From Phaeosaccion multiseriatum (lineage: Eukaryota > Protista > Ochrophyta, other classes), in contig OZ218957.1 of the NCBI GenBank assembly GCA_965112735.1, forward strand, positions 3,348,001 through 3,412,000: a DNA stretch of 64,000 nucleotides, written 5' to 3'. A program made the translations under genes and the position numbers. A model generated the notes under the pieces. The model did not search any database. It saw only the letters and a list, made by a program, of their open reading frames with translations, and was not told the DNA's origin. Shown piece after piece: positions 63,217 to 64,000 of the stretch. The stretch's first letter is position 1, and each line of letters starts with the position of its first letter.

Positions 63217-63928
63217 CAGCACCAGTTGGTGATTCAGAGGAGCCGCCCCTGTCGCCAAGTGAGCTGCAAGACGCCATGGACAAAATTTACGCGGAGGGCG
63301 TGTCTCAAGGGGTCATTCTGCACTGGCTCGCTAACGAGGACAACGTGTAAGTGTCGGGTAGGAGTGGGCCGCAGAGTGTCTGAGTGGGCATGAGTGGGTG
63401 TGAGTGGGCATGAGTGGATCTGTCTAGCACTCGTGCATTGCTGCTGTTGTCCTACTGTTGTCCTAGTGGTGGGTAAAAGGCGGAGACCTCGTCGAAAACT
63501 GAAACTCTTGCCTCCTCTCTCCCTCCCCCCTCGCGTCCACCAGACTGGACTTCCATGAGTTTAACCTCCCGATGGTGAGGGCGGCACTCCGATACGTACT
63601 GAGCGGAGGGGGAAGAGGAGGAGGACTAGGAGTAGGAAGGGGCGATGGCCCCACCACAGATGACAGCATACAGCAGTTGGTGCTACAGCAACAAGGGGAG
63701 CAGGGGAAGCTGACCATTGTGACAGGCAAGGGGCGACGCAGCGACTCGGGAGAGAGCCTTCTGCAGCCCCAGACCCTTGTCTGTCTGCTCGAGATGGGCC
63801 TCGCTGACGTTCGGACGGTGAAGGACAATGCAGGTCGAGTGGTGGTGCGCGTGCCAAGGAGAGTGCTCCCGTGTGAAGCAGGCCCTCAGCAGCAGGAGCA
63901 GCAGCAGTTGGTAGTACAGAAGCAGTAG
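59859..63928 (+). CDS. PPR-SMR protein, multi-exon
   Basis: PPR motifs (LVSYNIVINACAKA, SFNCALDACGKVG, PDVKSYTAAV, PDSACFVNVMKCC); last exon SMR motifs LDFHEFNLPMVRAAL...LTIVTGKGRRS...NAGRVVV; stop at 63928. Confidence 0.9.
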
Positions 63929-64000
63929 CAGACTAGCTAGGCACAAGGCGGTTTTCTATTGTTGTTTACATGCAAACGCTACTTCTGTGGGGGATGAGGA

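Larger units (their letters stand above)
2384..63917. repeat. Dispersed short motif family, consensus CAGCAGTTGGTGATACAG
   Basis: 17 exact GTTGGTGATAC/GTATCACCAAC copies, 6 GTTGGTGGTAC copies and about 10 further variants (positions listed in findings). Confidence 0.92.

Noticed and set aside
434-63946. Hundreds of antisense and low-complexity ORFs (poly-S/L/P/C/R, CV or HT repeats)
   Set aside because: By-products of high GC content and stop-free microsatellites overlapping real exons or introns.
1-64000. tRNA or rRNA genes
   Set aside because: None recognised by eye; not excluded without tRNAscan or Infernal.

Overview
Gene-dense, intron-rich, microsatellite-laden eukaryotic nuclear DNA. 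It is probably a photosynthetic stramenopile: this is an inference from GT/GC-AG introns, bipartite signal+transit N-termini and several PPR genes. Genes, in order: 3' end of an acidic ANP32-like nuclear protein; RIT1 (-); ribonucleotide reductase large subunit (+); PPR protein (-); plastid-type ThiD-ThiE fusion (+); unknown protein (-); divergent PrsW-like membrane protein (+); PPR-SMR (+); Sfi1-like centrin-binding repeat protein (-); MPS1/TTK kinase (+); an intronless island of two ankyrin-type ('CPWD') paralogs flanking a FNIP-repeat gene, all with F-box-like N-termini; and a second PPR-SMR (+). Most genes form divergent pairs. The most striking unexplained signal is a short DNA word, (CAG)CAG-TTGGTGATA-CAG. 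By manual count it has 17 exact GTTGGTGATAC copies and 15 or more near-copies, on both strands, in exons (read in several frames) and in introns. Other notable items: two introns whose 3' ends copy the end of the upstream exon, a 9x57-bp array of duplicated splice donors, a second dispersed (AAACTG)n motif, and the Sfi1-like/MPS1 head-to-head pair. Exon boundaries were read by eye and are approximate.
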